Source: Omnitrophica WOR_2 bacterium RIFCSPHIGHO2_02_FULL_45_21
GTDB taxonomy: Bacteria; Omnitrophota; Gorgyraeia; Gygaellales; UBA12090
Length of the DNA stretch: 55,761 bases
Direction: 5' to 3'
NCBI GenBank assembly: GCA_001805575.1
Contig: MHGN01000054.1
Span: 1-55,761, forward strand
How positions within the stretch are numbered: the first letter of the stretch is position 1; the number at the start of each line of letters is the position of its first letter. The notes under the pieces were generated by a model. It saw nothing but the letters and a program-made list of their open reading frames with translations. It was not told the origin of the DNA and made no database searches. Positions 1 through 7,793 of the stretch are shown here, piece by piece. The position numbers and the translations under genes are program-made.

Positions 1-737
1 TTGCGGAATAACGCTACCTTGTTGTCGTAATTAACCTTTACGCTGGCGCTGATGTCTTTGATTTTACCGGTGGTGTAACCGGTGGTGCGGCCGGATTTCT
101 GAATTGACATTGCTAATTTTGCTCTAGTAACTCCTTTGGGCAAACCAATCATCATAATCTCGGGTTTCACTGAATGGACATTCTTTGGCCTGGCCAAAGC
201 GGAGTCTATTAAGTTTGCCTCTTTCCCAAACTTAATCTCAATCCAGTTTTCTAAATAGCCGATGATATCTTTGGGCTTCTTGCCGCCGTCGTAAGGCCCG
301 GGCTGGAGGATGGGGTCGCCTTTTTTAGCATTATTGGAATTCGCCAGGACATGGTTATTGCTTAAGATAAAAACTTTTCCGCTCTTCTTGTCTTTAACTA
401 AGCAACCTAAGGTCCCAGCGGTTATTTTATAATGGCCCAGGGATGCCCCGCCTGGCGCCGGACGATAGCGCCCGGAATTACCCTGGGCAACGATTTTACC
501 AACCTCTTCCACATCGGTTTCTACGCGCGAGATTTCCCGGGGGATGAGTTCGTTCCTGGCTAACTTTTTCGCGATGAGCTTTTTCTCTACATAAACCTTA
601 AGGCATAATCTGCCTTGCGGGAAACCGCCCTTTACTTTTTCACCTATACCTATGCCCACCACATTGGATTTTTCTAATAATTTGCCTTCATTACGCCTTA
701 AGGCATTAACTACAACCTGATTAGTGATTTTTCCCAT
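1..737 (-). CDS. chymotrypsin-fold (S1-like) serine protease with an N-terminal pro-domain-like region; the 3' end runs off the window
   Basis: Not in the ORF track because it is open to the window edge. My translation from the ATG at 737 reads MGKITNQVVVNALRRNEGKLLEKSNVVGIGIGEK...GTLGCLVKDKKSGKVFILSNNHVLANS (His motif)...NLIDSALA (Asp motif)...KSGRTTGYTTGKI. The catalytic Ser would lie beyond coordinate 1. Confidence 0.6.
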   Translation of the reverse strand, partial: MGKITNQVVVNALRRNEGKLLEKSNVVGIGIGEKVKGGFPQGRLCLKVYVEKKLIAKKLARNELIPREISRVETDVEEVGKIVAQGNSGRYRPAPGGASLGHYKITAGTLGCLVKDKKSGKVFILSNNHVLANSNNAKKGDPILQPGPYDGGKKPKDIIGYLENWIEIKFGKEANLIDSALARPKNVHSVKPEIMMIGLPKGVTRAKLAMSIQKSGRTTGYTTGKIKDISASVKVNYDNKVALFR

Positions 738-748
738 TTTGCTTTCCT

Positions 749-991
749 TTAGCCTTGAGTTTTTAATCTGCCTACTTCTTCCACGTCTGTTTCTATGCCG
801 TTTAGTTTTCGCGGAATTAATTCATTTTTCTGTAATTTGTTTCTGGGCAACTTTTCCCGGACGTAAATTTTAATGCACTGTCTTGGGGTGGAAATACCCT
901 TTATTATTTTGGTGCCGATTCCCACTCCGACCACATTGGGATTAAGAAGCAATTCTTCCTCATACCGCTGCTTAATCCTTTGGATATTCAC
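749..991 (-). CDS. stand-alone paralog of the N-terminal (pro-domain-like) region of the downstream protease
   Basis: The 80-aa ORF has a GTG start. NVVGVGIGTKIIKG..CIKIYVREKL..ELIPRKLNGIETDVEEVGRLKTQG aligns residue for residue with NVVGIGIGEKVKGG..CLKVYVEKKL..ELIPREISRVETDVEEVGKIVAQG of the 1..737 protein. It stops exactly where the catalytic domain begins, 11 nt before the protease ATG. Confidence 0.55.
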   Translation of the reverse strand: MNIQRIKQRYEEELLLNPNVVGVGIGTKIIKGISTPRQCIKIYVREKLPRNKLQKNELIPRKLNGIETDVEEVGRLKTQG

Positions 992-1047
992 CCCGCCATT
1001 CCTTCCATAAAATTACCCCCTGCCCTTAAGAAAAGCAGGGTTCATCT

Positions 1048-1293
1048 TTAAAGCCTCATATCCTTAGCGATAATCTTACGAAAAGGCCGCCTGGCATGAT
1101 TGATAAACTCATTATAATCAGTGAGGAAGCTGACAAATCTATTCAAATCTACCACCCCATTTATCAAAAAAGGATTATAACGGTTCTCTGTTATCTTCCT
1201 AAAGTCTTCTCGTAAGCGCCTTGAGCGAGACATTTCAAGAAGCTCTCTTTTATCTTGCTGGCTAAGCGTGAAACCTTTTCCTGTATTCCTCAT
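1048..1293 (-). CDS. small hypothetical protein, possible partner of the upstream nucleotidyltransferase
   Basis: The ORF track gives 1048..1338. The internal ATG (MRNTGKGFTLSQQDKRELLEMSRS...) is the more likely start and overlaps the NTase 3' end by about 32 nt. I recognise no family. Confidence 0.35.
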   Translation of the reverse strand: MRNTGKGFTLSQQDKRELLEMSRSRRLREDFRKITENRYNPFLINGVVDLNRFVSFLTDYNEFINHARRPFRKIIAKDMRL

Positions 1294-1801
1294 ATTTGCC
1301 TCCCAAATCAAACAATTTAAAATAATCCTTAAGGACAATCCAATCTAATTTATTTTTATGGAATCCAAGCAGGGATTCTATATCTAAATACTCTTTAGCG
1401 GCTCTTGTCTTGTCATTTGCTAATGCCTGTATTTTTAATCCGATTATATCTTCCGGTAACAGCACTCTCACCTTCATTGAGAATATTTCCTTTTCCTCTG
1501 CCCGTTCTAACATTTTACGAGAAATATTCCTGTGCGCCAGAATAAAATCAACTTCGCCAAAAAGCCTATCTTTAGACACATATTGGGCCACTTCATCGCT
1601 TTTATACAGACAGCGGTAGCCTCGCGTTTTCAAAATCCCATCCACCTTTAACCAATCGTCAGAATTAATGATAAAATCCAGATCTATGGTCGCCCGTGGC
1701 GCTCCCTGGGCACCTAAAGCAAACCCACCCATTAAGGCATAACGGACACCTTCTTTATGAAAATCCTTTCCTATCAACCTTAAGACCGCCCGAAAGTCCA
1801 T
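1262..1801 (-). CDS. nucleotidyltransferase-fold protein (AbiEii/MNT-like minimal NTase)
   Basis: YALMGGFALGAQGAPRATIDLDFII matches the GG-x-AL...R-x-T-x-D-hDh signature of pol-beta-fold NTases. Its start overlaps the SemiSWEET stop (TAATG). Confidence 0.5.
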   Translation of the reverse strand: MDFRAVLRLIGKDFHKEGVRYALMGGFALGAQGAPRATIDLDFIINSDDWLKVDGILKTRGYRCLYKSDEVAQYVSKDRLFGEVDFILAHRNISRKMLERAEEKEIFSMKVRVLLPEDIIGLKIQALANDKTRAAKEYLDIESLLGFHKNKLDWIVLKDYFKLFDLGGKYEEYRKRFHA

Positions 1802-2061
1802 TATACAGTTCGTCTGTATTTATAATACAAAAAATCCGCGCTTAAGAGCGTGAGCAGGGTAACGGCATTGGCAAAAATAATGATAGAATCTTTTAGATAT
1901 ATCCCGTATAAAATCCAGAGGCTTACCCCCGCAGAAAGCTGTAGTAAAGTAACTAAGCTTAGATCTTTAGCTGACTTGGTGGTATACATCTTTAAGACCT
2001 GGGGGATAAAGGCGAAACTGGTCAGGCCGGCCGCAGTTAAGCCAATCAGTTTCCAGAACAT
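1801..2061 (-). CDS. SemiSWEET / PQ-loop family small sugar transporter
   Basis: 86 aa with three predicted TM helices and the PQ motif FIPQVLKMYTTKSAKDLSL. Confidence 0.75.
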   Translation of the reverse strand: MFWKLIGLTAAGLTSFAFIPQVLKMYTTKSAKDLSLVTLLQLSAGVSLWILYGIYLKDSIIIFANAVTLLTLLSADFLYYKYRRTV

Positions 2062-3599
2062 TGAATGTACCGTTTCTTCTTATGGCTGCGGCTAGCGGAA
2101 GCCGCACCATTGCCCTCTGGCTTATGCCGGAAATCAAAGATATGGCCGAAGATCCTTGGGAGCGAGCGGATGAAGAATGCCATATCCTCAAAGCTTGTTA
2201 TAGATATTAAGCGGTTAAATATAAACTCAGGATTTAAGGCGATGCCGTAAAGCGACTGCACAAGTTTCATTATCGTATCCACGGCGATAGGGCTTGTCAT
2301 TACCGGCTCCTTCATATCAAAAGCGCGCCAATCCTGGGTTTTTAGCCAACCGTTCACTTTACATTCCTCAAATAAAGGCGAACCCGGATAGGGGATTACC
2401 ACTGTTGCCTGCATTGTGTAGGCATAACCTTTTCTGAGCAGCCACTTTCCCAATTTTAAGGTATTCAGCGCTTCTTGATAAGTCTCCCAGGGATAGCCGA
2501 ACATAATGGTAATATGAGGATAGAGCCCGCATCTGCGCGCTAATTTGCAGGAATCAATGATATTCTCCACCTTTACATCTTTATTTATCCTATTCAGGGT
2601 ATTTTGATTTGCCGATTCTATACCGAATAATAACAGGCGAAAGCCCGCTTTTTTCATTAGTTTATAATCCTCTTCAAGACAAGCTCCAAAACGCATATTA
2701 CAGTCAAGGTTAATTTTACGGTTATAGCCGCGTTCAAGCATACCCTGACAAAAATCCCTTAACCACTCGCCGGCCTGGAATGTGCCCGAGTCATCCATAA
2801 TTTCCCTCACGCTATAATCTTCAATCAGATGACCTATCTCATCAAGCACATTCTCTACCGAGCGGCTCCTGAAGCTGGTATACATTGTCGGCCAAGAGCA
2901 GAAGGTACATTTTGCCCACCAGCAGTCGCGGCTGGACATAATATAAGTGCCGGGGGTATTCTTATAATTACCGTTTTCATAAGCATAAAGCTCCCATTTA
3001 GTCAAATTGCGGTCAATAAACGGCAGGGTATTTAAATTATGGTTAAGCTGGAATTTACCGGTATTTTTGGTTTGGCCGTTTTCGCGGTAGTAGATGCCCG
3101 GCTCTAATTTAGCGGATAGCGGATAAAGCGGAATGGCGGATAGTTTTGATTCTTTAATTGTATTGCATAAATTAAGCAAAAGAAAGTCATAATCGCCGCC
3201 GGTGAGCACAAAATCAACCTGGCTGTTTTGAAAAGATTCTTCCGGCAGGGCAGTAACATGGTCACCAAACAATATACACCTGACACCTGACACCTGACAC
3301 CTGAGACTATCAATTATCTTCCAGTGTTCTTTGATCACCGGGGTCTTGCTTTCAAAGACAATTAGATCCGGCTTTTCATCTGCGACAAAATTATAAAATC
3401 TTTCCAGGCTCCAGCCTTCGGCAATACAATCATTCCAGAGGACATCATAACCTGCTTGTTTTAAAAGAGTTGCGGCTGTCGCAGGAACTACCGGATAGAT
3501 GTATGTCGGCTTATTAAAATACTGGAACTGACGATTTTGGGATAAAAGAGGGACACCCTTGGAAGTATCTAACGGTGGATATGAAATTACAACCTTCAT
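2046..3599 (-). CDS. B12-binding-domain radical SAM protein (class B rSAM)
   Basis: The N-terminal Rossmann-like B12-domain pattern (PDLIVFESKTP...ILFGDHVTALPE) is followed by the cluster motif SRDCWWAKCTFCSW and a TIM-barrel-like region (LLLFGIESANQ). Confidence 0.8.
   Translation of the reverse strand: MKVVISYPPLDTSKGVPLLSQNRQFQYFNKPTYIYPVVPATAATLLKQAGYDVLWNDCIAEGWSLERFYNFVADEKPDLIVFESKTPVIKEHWKIIDSLRCQVSGVRCILFGDHVTALPEESFQNSQVDFVLTGGDYDFLLLNLCNTIKESKLSAIPLYPLSAKLEPGIYYRENGQTKNTGKFQLNHNLNTLPFIDRNLTKWELYAYENGNYKNTPGTYIMSSRDCWWAKCTFCSWPTMYTSFRSRSVENVLDEIGHLIEDYSVREIMDDSGTFQAGEWLRDFCQGMLERGYNRKINLDCNMRFGACLEEDYKLMKKAGFRLLLFGIESANQNTLNRINKDVKVENIIDSCKLARRCGLYPHITIMFGYPWETYQEALNTLKLGKWLLRKGYAYTMQATVVIPYPGSPLFEECKVNGWLKTQDWRAFDMKEPVMTSPIAVDTIMKLVQSLYGIALNPEFIFNRLISITSFEDMAFFIRSLPRIFGHIFDFRHKPEGNGAASASRSHKKKRYIQCSGN
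3276..3303 (-). repeat. tandem heptamer array (CAGGTGT)x4 on the sense strand, inside the rSAM CDS
   Basis: The plus strand reads acacctg four times without interruption. It is translated as RCQVSGVRC. Confidence 0.95.
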
Positions 3600-4546
3600 T
3601 CTTCTTTTAGCTTCGGGGATAACAGCCCTTTTATGAAATACAAACCATATATAAGGTGACTTATTATTATACCCCGGAAGACAAAAAAGGTCAAACGAAA
3701 GTCCTTGCTAATGCTTGAGATAAAGGCAAGCGCGAGGTATAGGGCAACAGCCGAAATATAGAGGAGTTTAAACGCGGGATTTAAAAAAGAAAGGAGGAAC
3801 CCGATAATCAGTCCGAATACTAACAGTGAAGGCAGGAAATAAACAAATTTAAGCGAGGTCTGGGGAAATCTTTTGACAAAATAACCCCTGTGCAGCGCGT
3901 AGTTGGCAATCTGCCGCAGGTGTCCGATAAAAAGGCTGCGGCGATGATGATAAACCAAAACCTCGGGGTCATAAATAATTTTCTTTTTTCGGTTCTTTAT
4001 GATTCTTAAACATAAAAAGGTGTCTTCTCCGGGCCAAAATTTGGTATTAAAGCCGCCCAGCTCCCGGATTACTGTTTTTCTAATCAGGAAGTTACAGGAA
4101 GGAAAATCATCAACGTATCTTTTTCTTCTTGGCTGATAGCGATAGACGAACTGCCCGCTCATAAGCCACGAGCTGTAGACCAAACCGCTTGCCTTCTGAT
4201 TAATGTTGTCTGAATCAGCCGTTACCGCGGGGCCTCCTACAGCGTCTATTTCATTATCTTCAAAATGCCTTAACGCCTTAGTCAGCCAATCTTTAGCCGG
4301 ATAGGTATCGTGATCAAGAAATGCCAGAATCTCACCTTGTGCCTGGGATATGCCGATGTCCCTTTTTTGCGGAGGCGTTAGTTCACCCGTAGGAATGGCT
4401 CTTGTTCTCGGGCAATTTAAGGTTAGCTCGCTATCCGGCAAGACTAATATTTCAAAATCAACGTAATCTAAGCGAAGGCAATATGCGATACATTCCCTTA
4501 AGTAAGGATTATCCCCTTTTACCGCGACGATAATCGAAACGGTCAT
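3596..4546 (-). CDS. family 2 glycosyltransferase with C-terminal TM segments
   Basis: MTVSIIVAVKGDNPYL...FLDHDTY (DxD-like) followed by a hydrophobic C-terminus. The start is moved from 4666 to the internal ATG that gives the canonical GT2 N-terminus. Confidence 0.75.
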   Translation of the reverse strand: MTVSIIVAVKGDNPYLRECIAYCLRLDYVDFEILVLPDSELTLNCPRTRAIPTGELTPPQKRDIGISQAQGEILAFLDHDTYPAKDWLTKALRHFEDNEIDAVGGPAVTADSDNINQKASGLVYSSWLMSGQFVYRYQPRRKRYVDDFPSCNFLIRKTVIRELGGFNTKFWPGEDTFLCLRIIKNRKKKIIYDPEVLVYHHRRSLFIGHLRQIANYALHRGYFVKRFPQTSLKFVYFLPSLLVFGLIIGFLLSFLNPAFKLLYISAVALYLALAFISSISKDFRLTFFVFRGIIISHLIYGLYFIKGLLSPKLKEE

Positions 4547-5270
4547 AGTATTTAAGGATATATGTCCTATACCAGACTGCCATGGTATCCCTCCAGGTAG
4601 TCCATATCGCCTCCAGCCCGACCCTGCCGTAACGTTTGGAGTTAAGCACAATCGGCGCCTCGGCAATCTTATAACCTAACCTGTGCACGTTAACTAAAAT
4701 CTCTAAGTCATACCCATAGGCCTTTACCAAGATCCTGGGAAAAACCTTCTGCAGGACTTCATATTTAAACAATTTTAAGCCGGTCTGTGTATCCCTGATC
4801 GGCAGCCCGAATAACAGTTTGATCAGGAAAAAATACACCCTGCTGACTATTCTTCTGTCAAAAGGATAATATAACCGCGAATTGGGATGGAGTTTTGAGC
4901 CGATAACTACATCCGCCTCGTCAAGCCGCATAATATCAAAGAGGGTCTGCACCTGGGCCGGGTGAAGCTCCATATCGGCATCCAAAAATACAATATAATC
5001 TCCCGTCGCTAGCCGGAAGCCTACCTTAAGCGCCCTACCTTTGCCGCGATTATGCTTGATTTGTTTAACGATTATGTTGGAATGCCCTTCTGCGGACTTT
5101 AAGGCATTGTTATAGGTATCATCTTTACTGCCGTCGTCAACGACGATGAGCTCATACCTACATCCGAATTCCTCAAAAACCCTGATTGTCTCAGATAAAC
5201 TGGCAGCGATCATATTTCCTTCGTTGTAAGCAGGAATAATGACCGATATTTGGCCTTTGATGTATTTCAT
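4509..5270 (-). CDS. family 2 glycosyltransferase (polyprenol-phosphate glycosyltransferase / Dpm1-like)
   Basis: ISVIIPAYNEG, VVDDGSKDDT and FLDADME motifs. The start MKYIKG lies directly after the flippase stop. Confidence 0.8.
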   Translation of the reverse strand: MKYIKGQISVIIPAYNEGNMIAASLSETIRVFEEFGCRYELIVVDDGSKDDTYNNALKSAEGHSNIIVKQIKHNRGKGRALKVGFRLATGDYIVFLDADMELHPAQVQTLFDIMRLDEADVVIGSKLHPNSRLYYPFDRRIVSRVYFFLIKLLFGLPIRDTQTGLKLFKYEVLQKVFPRILVKAYGYDLEILVNVHRLGYKIAEAPIVLNSKRYGRVGLEAIWTTWRDTMAVWYRTYILKYYDRFDYRRGKRG

Positions 5271-5271
5271 T

Positions 5272-6540
5272 TTAAATAGCCGCTCTCTGGCTTTGCCTAT
5301 CAGAAGGCAAACCACTGCCCGCTGCCTTGAACGCTGACCTCAGGTTAACGATGAATATGAGCAGGGAAAAAACCGTTGATATACCAGCCACCCAGAGCGT
5401 TGTTTTGTGAAACAGGCAGATAGCGATAATTTCTAAGATAACCAGCGCAATCAATGGTTTTATAAAATTATAGCGCTCAATGGATAACTGATAATACCAT
5501 AAAACATTACTTAGGGCATAAAAAAGCATACTGATACTAAAAACCCTCCCCAGCATGATAACTTGTTCGTTGACGCTGCCGGCCAAAAGATGAAAAATAA
5601 AGCGCGGAAACAGGTTGAATAATGCGGCCGCGGCAAAGCTTAAGATAAAGGCAAAAGTGATGCTGCGCTTTAAGATTTCCCTGGAATTAATCTTTACCGC
5701 GTGCAGGTTAGCAACGCGCGCAAACATAACCACATAGGCCATCCCCGATATAGAGAGAATAATCTTTCCTATCATTTGAGCCAGAGCATAATCCTCAGCC
5801 TCAATTTTAAAGAAATGCTTTATGAGAACCATATCAATATTCGTAAGCAAGGCAAAAGACAATGAGACCGCCAGAACCGGCAGTATATATAGATAGTGTT
5901 GTTTTAAGGCAATTTTTTCTTTTGCAATACCCGCCAGCAATAACTTAAGCGGCCAGATACTGACCAGGATGGCAATAAGTATAGACAGCAAAAAGCCAAA
6001 AAGCGCTCCGCCCAGGGCATCGGAAAAATTTCTTACTAAGCCGATAGAAAAGGCTAATTTCAGAAACCCGGCGCCAATCCCAATAACTGCCAGCCATTTA
6101 AATTTCTCTAATCCCTGCAGCCCTCCGCTTACCACAGCCGTTATGCCGCTTAAAAAGAATATCGCCGCTAAGAGGGTAATGCTGTCTAACGAGCCAATCT
6201 GTAAAAACCCGGCAATATGATCCTTAAACAGAATAATCAGAGAGAATACCGCTATACTAAAGCATGCGGCGTGGAATAACAACTTCTGCCAGAGAGCTTT
6301 TAGCTGCTGGTCATTTTTCCGCGCGTTGTGGGTTGAGACGTGCTTGGTAACCATAGTCGTAAAAGCAGCCGCGGGAACTGAAATAATAACAAGTAATGAT
6401 AAAAGAGAATTTAGGGATGCAAAAATATCCCTGGATACCAATCGCAGCATTGCCAGCTGATAGAGGAGGCTAAAAAAAGACCCGATGCTGTTAGCGAGAA
6501 ACATTATGATATTATTTTTAGCGAAAGTGTCTAAACGCAT
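5272..6540 (-). CDS. MOP-superfamily polysaccharide/oligosaccharide flippase (Wzx-like)
   Basis: 422 aa, highly hydrophobic with about 12 or more TM helices, sitting in a glycosyltransferase context. Confidence 0.7.
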   Translation of the reverse strand: MRLDTFAKNNIIMFLANSIGSFFSLLYQLAMLRLVSRDIFASLNSLLSLLVIISVPAAAFTTMVTKHVSTHNARKNDQQLKALWQKLLFHAACFSIAVFSLIILFKDHIAGFLQIGSLDSITLLAAIFFLSGITAVVSGGLQGLEKFKWLAVIGIGAGFLKLAFSIGLVRNFSDALGGALFGFLLSILIAILVSIWPLKLLLAGIAKEKIALKQHYLYILPVLAVSLSFALLTNIDMVLIKHFFKIEAEDYALAQMIGKIILSISGMAYVVMFARVANLHAVKINSREILKRSITFAFILSFAAAALFNLFPRFIFHLLAGSVNEQVIMLGRVFSISMLFYALSNVLWYYQLSIERYNFIKPLIALVILEIIAICLFHKTTLWVAGISTVFSLLIFIVNLRSAFKAAGSGLPSDRQSQRAAI

Positions 6541-6625
6541 AGTGCGTAATGCTCTCCTTACTAACCGCGGGGGTTTGAGGAAAGGTTATAAATAAGAATT
6601 GGCGAGTGAGTTTTGGTAAGCTAAT

Positions 6626-7792
6626 TCAAATAACGACTTTTAGAAAGCGGCGGCTTCCAGCCTTGATTATTCCTGATGCCAAAACCGTAAAATTCTCATC
6701 TTTTATCTTCTTATCAAGGAAACTCACTCCACCTTGCTGAATTAGGCGCCGGGCTTCATTTCTGGACTTCACCAGGCCGCTTTCGGTAAGGATATCCAGA
6801 ATCTTCTTTTGGGTATTTATGTTGTATTCGGGGATACCGGTAGGAACTGCTTTATGGCTAAATACCTTTTCAAATGCGCTCTTTGCCTCTTGGGCCTTTG
6901 ATATGCTATGATACTGACTGATGATTATAACAGCCAATTTCTCCTTGGCTTCTTTAGGATGGAGCCGCTTAATTTCCGGTAAATCCTCATCAGTAAGAAG
7001 CTCATAGTATTTATACATAAGCGCATCGCTGATAGACATAATCTTGCCAAAGATCTCATCCGGGGATTCGTTTATGCCGATATAATTTCCCAGGGACTTA
7101 CTCATCTTATGCACGCCATCGGTTCCCTCTAAAAGGGGCAGCAGCATAATTACCTGTTCTTCCTGGCCGTAATCGCGCTGGAGTTCTCTTCCCAGAAGCA
7201 AATTAAACTTCTGGTCTGTGCCGCCGATTTCCAGATCCGCTTTCAAATGCACTGAATCATACGCCTGCAGCAGAGGATAAATAAATTCATTAATCCGGAT
7301 TTCCCTTTGCTTCTTAAGCCGTTGTTGAAAATCTTCCCTGGCAATAATCTGAGAAACCGAGGCATGGCGCATCAAGGCGGTAAATTCATATATTGACATC
7401 TTAGAAAACCAATCATTGTTAAAGACCATTTCGGTTTTCTTGGGGTCTAAGATTTTATAAACCTGTGATTTGTAGGTTGAGGCGTTTCTTTTGATATCCT
7501 CATCAGACATCGGCGGGCGGGCCTTATTTTGACCGCTGGGATCCCCTATCCGGGCGGTAAAATCGCCGATAAGGAATAAGACGGTATGCCCTAAATCCTG
7601 GAATTGACGCAGTTTACTTAAGAGGACGGTATGCCCTAAATGCAGGTCGGCCGCGGTGGGGTCAAACCCCGCTTTTATTCTAAGCGGGGTTTTGGTTTTA
7701 TTGCTCCGGGTAAGCTTATGCTTTAGTTCATCCTCGCTGATCAGCTCAAGGCAACCGCGTTTAAGCTTATCCAGCTGGCCTAAAGCATCCAT
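6626..7792 (-). CDS. tyrS: tyrosine--tRNA ligase
   Basis: HIGH-type motif DLHLGH, KMSKS motif, and a C-terminal S4-like domain (SRNEARRLIQQGGV). Confidence 0.95.
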   Translation of the reverse strand: MDALGQLDKLKRGCLELISEDELKHKLTRSNKTKTPLRIKAGFDPTAADLHLGHTVLLSKLRQFQDLGHTVLFLIGDFTARIGDPSGQNKARPPMSDEDIKRNASTYKSQVYKILDPKKTEMVFNNDWFSKMSIYEFTALMRHASVSQIIAREDFQQRLKKQREIRINEFIYPLLQAYDSVHLKADLEIGGTDQKFNLLLGRELQRDYGQEEQVIMLLPLLEGTDGVHKMSKSLGNYIGINESPDEIFGKIMSISDALMYKYYELLTDEDLPEIKRLHPKEAKEKLAVIIISQYHSISKAQEAKSAFEKVFSHKAVPTGIPEYNINTQKKILDILTESGLVKSRNEARRLIQQGGVSFLDKKIKDENFTVLASGIIKAGSRRFLKVVI

Positions 7793-7793
7793 A

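Noticed and set aside
65-90. 12-bp tandem duplication accggtggtgta/accggtggtgcg in the protease gene
   Set aside because: It encodes the GRTTGYTTG strand motif common to this protease fold. The period is divisible by 3 and there are only two imperfect copies, so it reflects the protein motif rather than the heptamer phenomenon.
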